Positions 9,446 through 20,248 of a stretch of 64,000 nucleotides of DNA are shown one piece after another. The stretch is taken from the NCBI GenBank assembly GCA_025594325.1, contig JANHCV010000002.1, positions 434,001-498,000 on the forward strand, in the 5' to 3' direction. The DNA comes from Blastocladiella emersonii ATCC 22665 (taxonomy: Eukaryota; Fungi; Blastocladiomycota). The notes under the pieces are model-generated. The model had not been told where the DNA came from. It made no database searches and saw nothing but the letters and a program-made list of their open reading frames with translations. Each line of letters opens with the position of its first letter. Position 1 is the first letter of the stretch. The position numbers and the translations under genes were made by a program.

Positions 9446-12400
9446 ATGAGGTTGATGGCGCGCGTCCGCGCGCTCTACTTCGAGCTTGCGTACTCGCTCA
9501 TCTGCGAGAACCATGTGATCGACATCCTCGAGGCCATAGCCACGGTGCTCGAGTTCTTTCAGATCTCGGCCTTCATGTTCGCGCCCGACTACGCCTGGGG
9601 CCTGCCGTACCTGCAGCAGAAGCTCCAGTACGCGCTGCTCGCGTTCCACATCGACTCGCTGTCGTACACGCTGCTCGGCCTCGTCATCATCATGGACCTG
9701 TGCTTCGCGTTCCTCGTGGTCCAGATCGCGCGCAAGGGCGGTATCAGCTCGTTCAACGTGCTCCAGGTCGCCCGGTTCCTCGTCGGCATCCTGTCGACAT
9801 TCCTCTTCCTGCCCCTCCTCGAGGAGACCATCGCCGTCACGTACGAGTACTTCATGCTGGGCCACTACTCTCGCGACTACGTCATTGCGACCGCGTCCAT
9901 CACGTTCGTTGGGCTGCTGCTGCCGACCTTTGCGGTCGCGTACGTGCAGACGCCCGACCACAACCGCATCTCGGTCGTGACGCGCGCGTCGAGCCGGCAA
10001 CAGGTACGCTTTCCCGCTTCTCTGACTCCTTCTCTGACTCCTAGCACCACTCACCGATAGCCCTCTCGCACGTAGGTTATCCTCCTCGCCGTCAAAGTCA
10101 TCATCTCGATCGCCTTCGGTGTGCTCCCGACCGGCTCCTTCCCGTGGATTCTGTTCATCTGCATGCTCGGTCTCCTCGGCCTGTCGCTGTGGCTCCCGCT
10201 CTACTTTAACCCGACCGTCAACATGATCTGGGTCGGTCAGCAGGCCGCGCTGACGTACGGCAGCCTGATCCTCATCATCGTGTCCACGGTCCGGGGCAAC
10301 GACGACCCGACCCACGCCGAGGACCTGCCCATCTGGTTCATCATCGCGGTCGCCGGCATGGTCCCGGCGTCGCTGCTCGGCTCGTTCGCGTACCTGCGGC
10401 GCATGAGCCGCGTCCTCATCGGCATGGGCGTGTGGCAGCTCGAGATCTCGCTGATGCGGGCGCAGGTCAAGAACGCGCTCCAGAAGCGCTCGGCCGCGTC
10501 GCTCGCCGCGCCGCGCTCGCTCGGCATCGACAAGAGCGTCGGCAAGATCATGTCGGGCCCCTCGCAGCCGTACCTCGACGCTGACAACCCGTCGGCGGCG
10601 CTGGTCGCCGCCACGCGTGCCGTGACGCCGGCGGACCTGCTGCGCCGGTGCCAGTTCCCCGCCGAGGTCATCTTCGTCGCCAACACGCTGTTCGCGGTCG
10701 CCGGCGACCTCGTCACCGAGTATCTCATGGAGTTCATGGCGCGCGCATCGAAAAAGTACCCCGAGCACGACTCGCTGCACCTCGCGTGGATTGCCAAGGC
10801 CGCCGTGTTCGGCGACACGTCGGCGCAGCAGAAGCTGTACATCCAGAACCTGATCCGCAAGGCTGTCACGCGCACGCGGTGTGGCATGGACACGCGGTTC
10901 GCCTACTACGCCGTCATGAAGGTACATCTCGTCTCATCGCCGTACGTCCGTCGAGTCGCACTGACGACACTGGTCCCCATCACGCGTCTCGTAGAACTTT
11001 GAGATCTCGGCGTTCCGGCAGACGAGCCGCGACATGCGCAAGATGCCCGTCCTCGACATCATCCGGTACCACTTCAACTACACGCAGGCCATTGTGCACT
11101 ACTGCGGCACGCTCAAGTGGTCGCACACGTTCTGGCGCGTGTGCGCGTCCGAGCGCATCAACATCGAGCTGGTCCGTCCCACCCCGCACACACCCCTTAT
11201 CAGTATAAACTGACGCGAAACCCCCATGTGTAGCTCGGCGAGATCGCGGACCGGCTCCAGGAACACCAAAACGACGCGCTGCACCACTACCACTCGCTGC
11301 TCGAGCGGTTCCCGTCCATGACGCCGGTACTGCGTTCGTACGCGAGCTTCGTGTACGACGTGCTCAACAACGAGGCGCTCGGCGACGAGATCCTCGAGTT
11401 TGCCGACCGCCTCGACGAGGACAAGCGCACCGTGGCCGACCTCAACTCGCGCGGGCGCACCGCCTCGGGCCGCGGCCGGCGGTCGCGGTCGTCGTCCCGT
11501 GCGGGCGGATCGAGCACCATCGAGGGCAGCACGGGCGACAACTCGGGCAACGGGGACGGTGGCGACGCGGACGGGCGCAGCGAGCACGCGGCGAGCAGCC
11601 ACTACAAGTCGACGTACTCGGGCCGCAGCAGCGACCTCGTCAACAGCATCTCGACGCACTCCATCTTCGACGTCGAGTCGAGCGACCGCCAGCGGAACCG
11701 CATCGCGCTGCGGTCCATCGAGCGGATCCAGGACATGATCCGGTGGTCGATTGCGCTGCTCTTTGCGTCCATCGTGGCTGTCTACGGACTCGGCAACCAG
11801 ATCGCGGTCCAGGAATCGTCGCTGCGGGCGCTCATCGCGACCGCCGGTGTGTACGTGTCACCTCGCTGCTTGAGTCTCCGCGTCGACCAAGGATACTGAC
11901 TTTCGATATGTAGTCTGCGGCGGAACGCACTGGTCGCCATATCGGACGTGCGGTCGCTCAGCTTCTGCGGCAACTCCGTCCCGTGCATCGCGTACCTGCA
12001 GCCAATGGTGCTGGCGTCGAGCCTGGCGCTCAAGTCGGCGCTGACCAAGGTGTTCTTCGACTCGGGCGCGGCAACGGACGACTCGATCTTCACGTACTGG
12101 TCGTGGCGCTCGTTCCATGACCGCTCGCTGCGCTCGGTCCAGGACTGGCTGTCGCCGCTCAACGTGCTCACGTCGCTGTACCTCAAGGGGATGGAGGTGG
12201 CGACGGCGAACCCGGCCGACATTGCCGCGGGAAACGTGTACTCGCTCAACTGGATGCTCGACAACGGGCTGCCGACGACCTTCTTCGACTTCGTCTTCGA
12301 CATGGCGAAACAGTACCAGGAGCTGTACCTGGCGCGCGTGTCCAACTTCCTCAACATCATGGAGTACGCGTCGTACATTGTCGCGTCGATCCCGGCCGCG

Positions 12401-14731
12401 CTCTTCTTCTTCGTCGTCCTCCCGCGCTGGTTCCGGCTCGACCAGGAGCTCACGGCCGTGACGCGGCTCTTCTCGCGCATCCCGCGCCGCGTCGCCGGCA
12501 CGCTCGCCTCGGAGATGCGCGAGCGGTACGAGGCGACCATGGAGGCCGAGGGGTTCGCGGACCAGGCCGACAGCCGTGTCCCGGTGCTCCCTGCGGCCGG
12601 CGGCGCCGCAGGCGGCGAGTCGCAGTCGGGCTCGGGACCGAACAGTCTGGCGGGCCTCGGGCGGTCGTCCAACTCGCGCAAGCGCCTGTCGCTGCGCCTG
12701 CTCGCGACGTACGCCCTGAGCCTGTTCTCGGTGGTCGTGATCCTGCTCGGGCTCGCGCTGACGCAGACGATGCCGATGCGGCTGTACGCGGTGCGCGCGT
12801 CGCTGACCAACTTCTCCGGGGTGCGGTTCTCGATCGTGCTGCGTGCGGCGAACGAGCTGCGCGAGTACTTTCTGCTGCAGTCGAGCGACCCGACTACGAC
12901 GCGGCAGGCCATCATGCACGAGCGCAAGCTCGAGTACTGGAAGTCGGCGGCCGCCGCGCACGTCGACCTGCTCGAGGCGATCCACCGCGGGATCCTGTTC
13001 GGCAACGACACGCTCGGGCTGTCGCGGACTTACGGGCTCAACAACGTGGACGCGACCATGGTCGCCGCGGGGCTCGACGCCGACTCGCTGACTTTCACGC
13101 CCGTGTGCGCCAACGCCACGGACGTGAGCTGTTTCTCGGTCGACCAGAAGATCGTGTACTTCGCCGACATGACGCGGCGCGTCGTGCAGACGTCCAGCAT
13201 CTCGTTGCGCGACATTGACGAGATCACGACCCTCATCGACCCAACGGGCACCTTCTCGACGCAGATCGGCAAGCTCGCGACCGCCTACTCGCTGACCAAC
13301 GAGGCCGTCATCAGCGCGACCAAGACGGCCAACACGTGGCTGTTCGGCCTCACGTTCCCCGTGTTCCTCGTCTCGGTGTTCGCGATCCGCCAGGCCAACG
13401 CGGCCACTAAGGCCCGCATCAAGCGCACCCGCAACATCCTGTTCCTACTACCCGCCGAGACCGTGGCCAAGATCCCGTCCATCAGCCTGTACCTGAGCAC
13501 GGGCAAGATCCAGCAGCGGCCGCCCAAGGAGCCCAAGACCGAGCCCAACAACGTGTCGGCAGCCGACGCGAGCGCTGCGGCCGCCGTGTTCCAGCGCCGC
13601 GGCTCCGTCGCCACCCCCTCGTCGCCGCCATCGGCGTACCGCGCTCCACCTGTCGCGTCCCCGGCGGCCCGCCGCGCGAGCGTCACCATGGTCCCGCCGC
13701 GCCGCGGAAGCATCCTGCAGCAGCAGTACGCGCCACCAACCGCCGGCTTCGATGACGACTTTGCCTCGACCGCGAGCTCGTCGCGCCGCGTCAGCTTCCA
13801 CCCGGTCCCGTGCTTCGAGGTGCTCGCGAGCGACGGCGCGGCGTACGACCCGGCGCGCGGTAGTGGTGCTGCCGACTCGCCGACCGCGGCACCTGTGATT
13901 CCCGCCGATCCATTCGCTGACCCGAGCGACGACAACGACGAGGACGTCGACGCCGAGGATGACGATGTCGCGGCCGCGGCCGAGCGCGCCAAGGCGCTCG
14001 AGGAGATCCGCCGGCTGCAGGGGTTCACAGGGTCGCGGCGCAGCTCCATGAGCACGACGGGGTCGCGGCGCGCGAGTCTCGCGGTCTCGGGCGGCGCGCA
14101 GGCGGTGGCCGCTGCGATGGCTGCCGCCCGCGCAGCCAAGGACAACAAGCTCGGCGACGACGGCGACGATACGAGCGGCAGCGGGACCGGCACCGGGAGC
14201 AGTACGTCGCAGGTGCATGCCGGGAGCCATGCGGGCAGCCGACGCACGTCCGCGACGCCGACCGCGACGGGCTCGTCGCTCGGCAGCCGCGCGCTCGTCG
14301 TCCCCGGGCACGACGTCCCCGCCCACGCTGCCGCACCTGACGGCGGCGAGTCGAGTGGCGACGTGTCAGACAGCAACGACGGACACGGCGCGGGCGACGC
14401 GCAGCACGCCGAGAAGCGGCAGCGCGACCTGCACGCGCGGATCACGGCGTACCTCCGCGCTCTGCCATCGCCGCAAGAGATGCTGACGAGCAAGGACGCG
14501 CTCGAGGCGGCGGGCGCCGAGCTCGAGGAGGAGCGCGAGGCGCTGGCCATGGTCACGTCTGGATCCACGGAAAGCCGTGGGATAAAGCGCCAGGACTCGG
14601 TCGAGGTGTTGCGCGCGCACCGGAGCGCGGTCCATGCGCAGATCTCGGCGCACGCGGGCAAGCGGCGCGGGACGGGCGCGGGGAACGAGGAGGAGGCGGG
14701 GAGCGACCGGGAACGACGCGGGCGGGAATGA
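9446..14731 (+). CDS. TmcB/TmcC (tiny macrocysts)-like polytopic membrane protein; exons approx. 9446-10003, 10076-10921, 10995-11171, 11234-11850, 11914-14731
   Basis: N-terminal multi-TM block (LEFFQISAF, LFLPLLE), TPR-like FW...HYYHSLLERFPSMTPVLRSYASFVYDVLNN, two further TM-flanked extracellular segments, and terminal RNILFLLPAETVAKIP. Four frame-preserving GT-AG introns. Confidence 0.75.
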
Positions 14732-15169
14732 TGGTGTTGGGAACGGAAGACTTATATCTATCATGTATAGTTCAACTTAAATCGAGTTTAAGGAGAGTAA
14801 CCAGGAAGCACTCCAAGCTGACTGGCCTGTTGTGCGGGGGCGTGAACGATCCTTGACCGCAGGTTTAGTGTGCGCTCGCTCCGCGTGATCCGCTGCCTCG
14901 CGCGCTCCCTCCATCGCTCCGCCCATCACGTCCATGATCTCAAAGGCTCGATGCTTCAACCCCGTGTCAATATCGTGGGCCTCTGCGACGCGTTTGGTCT
15001 GCGTGCTTCGCTGACTTGAGCCGAAAGGAGCTGACACTGCTCGAGGTGAGCGTCGCCGTGTACCAAGGTAAACCGAACGTGCTTCCGGCGATACGATTGA
15101 CGGTAGATGCATATATGTACAGCGCGACGAACTAAATATACTCGGCCTGAGCTGCCCGAGCGAGTCGGT

Positions 15170-16330
15170 CTAGGTGTGCCCGCGGCCCTTGGAGCGCACG
15201 CTCACGAGCTAAATGTATCGTCAGAGTTAGCGTGGACGCGACGCGACGGGACGCGACGAGGCTTGAGGGAAAGCGCGTACGTAGTCAAAGTCGGCGTCGC
15301 GCAGCTTGCCGTGGCTGCCGCACCCGACGCAGGGGCTGTCCGAGACGACGGCGAGGGTGCAGGCGCACGCGTTGAAGGCGCAGCTGGCGCCGCACTGGAA
15401 GTCGGAGGCGGGCTCGGCGGTCTCGGGCCGCTGCAGGATCCACTCGAGGCCGCGGCTGGTGGACGCGGGGTCCTGGTTGAGTTTGAGGACGGCCTCGGTG
15501 ATGACGACGGGCGCGCGCTAAATGCGGGAGTGTGAGACGAGACGGCTAGAGTTGCAACGGGGGAAACGAACCTTCTCGAGGTACACGCCAACGAGGTGGA
15601 TCCCGACCGCGAGAGCGGCGACGCCGAGGAAAAAGGACGTCCACGACTTTTTCGGCAGCTCGCTGAGGTGGCCGAGCTGGACGTCAGTCGGGTCGAGGAC
15701 GGCGAGGATCAGGGCGACGAGGACGGCCACGTCGGCGAGAAAGCACACGGCGCCGACGACGGGGCGGTTGAACTTGGCGCAGCGCACGGCCTTGTTCAGG
15801 ACCTTGATGCCGGCGTTTACCGCGTCGTTGGTCTCGCGCACGAGCGAGGATTTGGTCGAAAAGTCGATGTGGAGAGGATCCTGCGACGCGTGGCCGCTCG
15901 GCGGCGGGAACATGAGCGAATGGAGGTACAGGAAGCACGTCTCGCCGCGGTGCGGGCGGCACCGGGCCGTGGCGAGGACGACGCGGTTCTGCTTGTCGAC
16001 GTCGCCGTCGATGAGGACGCCCGTGGGCTCGGCGGGGACGGACACGGTGGTGGCCGAGTCCGTGGTGGCGCCGGGCTGGGCAGAGACCACGGCCGAGGCG
16101 GGGGTGGGCGCGAGCTTGGCGGCCTGGAACGCAAAGGCCGTGTCGCGGTGCATGCGGATGGGCACGCCGTCGTTGTTAGCGGCGGACAGGCGGTCGAGGC
16201 GGCGGCGCACAAAGTGCAGGCGGACGAGCTGCAGCAGGTTGGCGATGAAGAAGCCGGCGCCGATGAAGAGGAAGCCGCCCGCGGCCTGGTCCTGCCACCG
16301 CGGCAGCGCGTCCGTCGTGTTCGAGTCCAT
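15170..16330 (-). CDS. Hypothetical membrane protein (about 3 TM) with a Cys-rich C-terminus; exons 16330-15572, 15517-15281, 15208-15170
   Basis: TM segments GFLFIGAGFFIANLL, VVGAVCFLADVAVLVALILAV and FFLGVAALAVGIHLVGVY. Canonical introns keep the frame. CGASCAFNACAC..PCVGCGSH in exon 2. Confidence 0.65.
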
Positions 16331-16606
16331 GGCAGCGAGTGGGGTGGCCGTCGCGTGGGCCGGATGGATGTGATTTGCGGGTGTGATGCGGGGGGAGGGA
16401 GAGCTTGGAGGCCGAGTCGGCGGACCACGCATGCGCGAACGTGTGGCGCGCGGCGTGGAACGTGCGGCGCCGCCCCACCGGGGCCACGCGGGCCATAACT
16501 CGCGGGCTGTGGCTTATCGCGGCCATCACATCGCGCCGATCTGTCTCCTCGCGTCGAGTCCCCGCTCTCCTCGCCCGCCCATGCAACTTTGAACGAAAAC
16601 ATCACC

Positions 16607-17817
16607 ATGTCCGGCTTCCCGAACGACCTGAGTGCCGACCAGCGCGCGTCGCTCGACACGCTGCGTGCCGCGCTGACGCCCGCGCACTGGGCTGAGCATG
16701 GCCTCGCCGCCGCCGACGTATGCCCGCTACGCTGCCGGCGTATCCGACCGTCAACTTAACTCTATCAATGTAGCTCGTGCTCTGGCGCGTCGACCTCGGC
16801 GCCATCCCGTCGGACGCGGCCGCCGCGCTATCGCCGGGCCAGACGGTCGTTCTGCTCAAGTTCCTGCGTGCGCGCAACTTTGTGGTCGCCGACGCGCTGG
16901 CGATGCTGACGGCGTGCCTCAAGTGGCGGCGCGACTTTGGCGTGGCCGCGCTCGCCGACGCGACGTTCCCTGCGTCGTACGCGGCGCTGGGCGACGTGCA
17001 CGGGCGCGAGCGCGCGTCGCGGTGCCCCGTCACGTACAACTACTACGGCGGGTTCGACGCCGACAAGATGTTAGCGGAAGAGGGCAACGGGCCCGAGGTG
17101 TTCCTGCGGTGGCGCGTGCAGCTCATGGAGCGCGCCATGGCGCTGCTCGACCTCGAGCGGGAGCCGGGCGTCGAGGCCGTGATGCAGGTGCACGACTACG
17201 CGGGCGCGTCGATGCGGCCCGCGGGCGCGATGCGCGCCGTGACGAAACAGGTCATCGCGACGTTTGCCGACAACTACCCCGAGTGTCTCTCGCGCAAGCT
17301 GTTCGTCAACGTGCCCAAGGTCATGGAGTCGCTGTTCGCCGCCGTCTCCATCTTCTCGCCCGAGCGCACCCGCGCCAAGTTCCGCATGGTCGGCGCCGGC
17401 AGCACGCGCGCCGCGCTGTGGCAGTGGATCGACGCGACCGAGCTGCCCGAGCGATACGGCGGCAGCGCCCTGGTCGTGCCCAACGACACCAAGTGGATCG
17501 CGGTTGGCGCCCGGTCCGCGTTCACGGTGTGGACGCCCGTCACCAAGGGCCAGACCGTCCACTACCACGTCGCCACGGGCGGGCTCGACGTCGGCGTCGC
17601 GTTCGGGTTCGCCGCCAGCTTGCCCAAGGGCGTCACGGACCCGGCGTCCGAGGCGGCCACCAAGGCCAAGCCCGAGGACGCTCCCAAGGTGCAGCGCGTC
17701 GAGGTGCACGCCGGGTCGGCCGTCGCGCCCAACGACGGGTTCGCGTACCTCTACCTCGACAACTCGTACTCGCTCCTCACGTCCAAGGACGTCCGGTTCG
17801 TCGTCAAGGCCGTGTAA
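16607..17817 (+). CDS. Sec14/CRAL-TRIO protein with C-terminal GOLD-like domain (patellin/Sfh5-like); intron 16718-16773
   Basis: LLKFLRARNF, LKWRRDF, PVTYNYYG, FLRWRVQLME, DNYPE..KLFVNVP, then a beta-rich tail with LYLDNSYS..SKDVRF. Confidence 0.85.
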
Positions 17818-18252
17818 CCCTACTTGATACACATGCATATTTACCTATCCTGAGCGCGAATCCGAATTCATGAAATGGCCATGAGAAGGATGGCGATGGA
17901 CATGTGGCGCAGGCAGGCTTTCCGCGCCCCAGCCCCGTCTTCCACCGCTTCTCCTGCCCACGCGGCCCGCCCAGTCGGTCCCTTGCCACGGAGCCCCCCA
18001 ACTCCGCCACCGCTTTCCCGGCCTCGACCACGACGCATTACACACCGTATCTTGCTCTGTATCAACTAGCGACTTGCTGCATCCGCGCCCCCGCACCGCG
18101 CTGCGCTCGCTCCCCGCTGTCGCCCACCGCCGTCGCCGCCGCTCCGTGTGGTGGCACCTTCGTCAACCACCGCCAACTCAACTCAACCCGTATCATCTCG
18201 CTAAAGCGCTGGCGCCACCACCACCTCCACCCTCCCTCAACCCGCCGCCATC

Positions 18253-19875
18253 ATGGGGTGCTGCTTCTCCACGGCCAAGTGGAAGCGCGAGGAGGTGCCG
18301 GACCACAAGTTCGATTTCGTCGACATTGACGAGTACAAGGAGCGCGACCTGTGGCCGCAGATTGCCTACACGTCCGTGTTCCTCATGACGTTCCGGTCGG
18401 TGCTCGTGTACATGGCCGATGTCTCGACGGCCGTGCTCATCATCGTGTTCAACCAGTGGTCGCTGTCGACGCGGCCCGAGACCCTCGCCAACAACAAGAA
18501 CCTGTCGCGGTTCCTCGGCATCTCGTCGTCGACCTTCGCGTCCATTGTCACCAACATCCGGTGGGTCTACATCGGGTCGATCCTCGTCTCGTTCCTGCTG
18601 CTCGCCATGGACGCGAAGAAGGCGCGGCGGATCATCCGGTCGCGCGATATCTCGTTCGCCTTCACCCACACCCAGGCCTACACGTACTACTGTCTGCGCA
18701 GCTTCGCGCACTGGTGCTTCTTCCGCCAGGTCCGGTCGCAGCACAAGACGTCGGACCAGGTCGCGCTGTTCGTCTTCTTCCGCCTCAAGGGGTGGAAGCG
18801 GCTGCTGTTCGCCGAGACGCCGCGCCACCTCATCAACGCGGCGCTGCTGTCGTTCCACGTGTGGGAGACGGGCAAGGACTCGCGCGGCAACTTTGACATG
18901 GACCGGTTCGTCGCCAACAGCAAGGCGACCATGACGACGCAGTTCGGAGTCTTCGTCATGGCGTTCGTGCTGACCATGTACATGATTAACCTGCTGTCGA
19001 CGATCCTCGCCGCGCTCGTCTACGTGCCGCTGCTGTGCCGCATGCGAGGCAACCTCAAGGAATACGTGTGCCACCTCATCGACAAGCGCATCTCGGAGCT
19101 CATGAAGCGCAAGGCCCGCCGGCGCATCCAGGAGCAGCACAAGGAGCTCGCCATCTTCGGCACCACCAAGGAGGCCGCCGCCGCCGGCGGACCCAAGGCC
19201 ACGCTCCCCGTCCTCACCGAGTACGGCAACGTTGCGCCCAGCCCCGGCCTCGTCGCCTCGTCCAGCCACGCTACCGGCACCACGTCGCCGTCGACGCACC
19301 ACCGTTTGGGTGGTGGCGGCGGGTACTACGATGAGAAGTCCGGCGCCGGGACCGGGTTCCGCGGCAGCGCCGCGGTGACGAAACCCCCCGGCTCGCCCGG
19401 CTACTACGCGAACCAGCCGCCGCCGGGCTCGCCGCGCGGGTCGCCCGCGGGCATGGCGCCGCAGTATGGGACCGCCAACCCGCCCGCCATCAGCATGCAC
19501 GCGACGGGCGCCAGTGGGGGGAACTTGACGCACCGGTCGTACGCGACGACCGCGTCCGCCCAGTACAACTCGCACGCCAACCTGTACGCGTCGCCCGCGC
19601 CGAGTCCCTACGCGGCGCCGGCCAGCCCGCACGTCGTCAGCTCGCACGCGACGGGCGCCAGCGGGTACGGGTACGCGGCCGGCGGCGGGAACGGGGGCGG
19701 GTACTACGGCACCCAGCAGTCGTCGTCGGCGCACGGCACGTATCGGTCGACGGGCCAGCGGCCACAACAGCAGCAGGCGTACCCGCTCCAGCAGTACCCG
19801 CCGCGCGAGCAGCAGCAGCAGCATCAGTACGGGCAGCAGCAGCAGCAGCAGCCAACAGGCGGCCGCCGGTACTGA
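18253..19875 (+). CDS. KCH1: Kch1/Kch2-like fungal potassium transporter family membrane protein with low-complexity tail
   Basis: KWKREEVPDHKFDFVDI, SFLLLAMDAKKARRII.S.DISFAFT, FRLKGWKRLLFAETPR, GNLKEYVCHLIDKRISEL match the Kch family pattern as recalled. Confidence 0.75.
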   Translation: MGCCFSTAKWKREEVPDHKFDFVDIDEYKERDLWPQIAYTSVFLMTFRSVLVYMADVSTAVLIIVFNQWSLSTRPETLANNKNLSRFLGISSSTFASIVTNIRWVYIGSILVSFLLLAMDAKKARRIIRSRDISFAFTHTQAYTYYCLRSFAHWCFFRQVRSQHKTSDQVALFVFFRLKGWKRLLFAETPRHLINAALLSFHVWETGKDSRGNFDMDRFVANSKATMTTQFGVFVMAFVLTMYMINLLSTILAALVYVPLLCRMRGNLKEYVCHLIDKRISELMKRKARRRIQEQHKELAIFGTTKEAAAAGGPKATLPVLTEYGNVAPSPGLVASSSHATGTTSPSTHHRLGGGGGYYDEKSGAGTGFRGSAAVTKPPGSPGYYANQPPPGSPRGSPAGMAPQYGTANPPAISMHATGASGGNLTHRSYATTASAQYNSHANLYASPAPSPYAAPASPHVVSSHATGASGYGYAAGGGNGGGYYGTQQSSSAHGTYRSTGQRPQQQQAYPLQQYPPREQQQQHQYGQQQQQQPTGGRRY

Positions 19876-20248
19876 GTTTCCTTCGCCTTGTACTCTTGTG
19901 TATCCCCCATCTCTCCCCCTTCCTTCTTCAGGATAGAATATGCCGTTTGCTTCACACTCGAGCGATCACGGACAGCGGACGAGGCCTGGACGCGCCGTGG
20001 CCGGCGCAGCACCGCTGACTCTGCCCGCCCTCGCCGGCGCCTCGACTCGACAGTTCGCTGACACTCCCTCGTCGCCGCGGCCGAGACAACTTGGCGCAGC
20101 AGAGCCTATGCGAGTCGCAGCGTTCCCACGGCGCGGCTGGGTCAAAAGCGTCTGCGCCGCCGCCGCCGCCATGCCGCTGCTTCGCTCCTCTCCCCCACGC
20201 CGACTGGACGCAAGGCTCCACTCCACCATCACCACCAACGACGAAGCA

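Noticed and set aside
14777-15112. 111-aa minus-strand ORF between convergent genes
   Set aside because: No motif, lower-GC 3' intergenic context, no supporting paralog.
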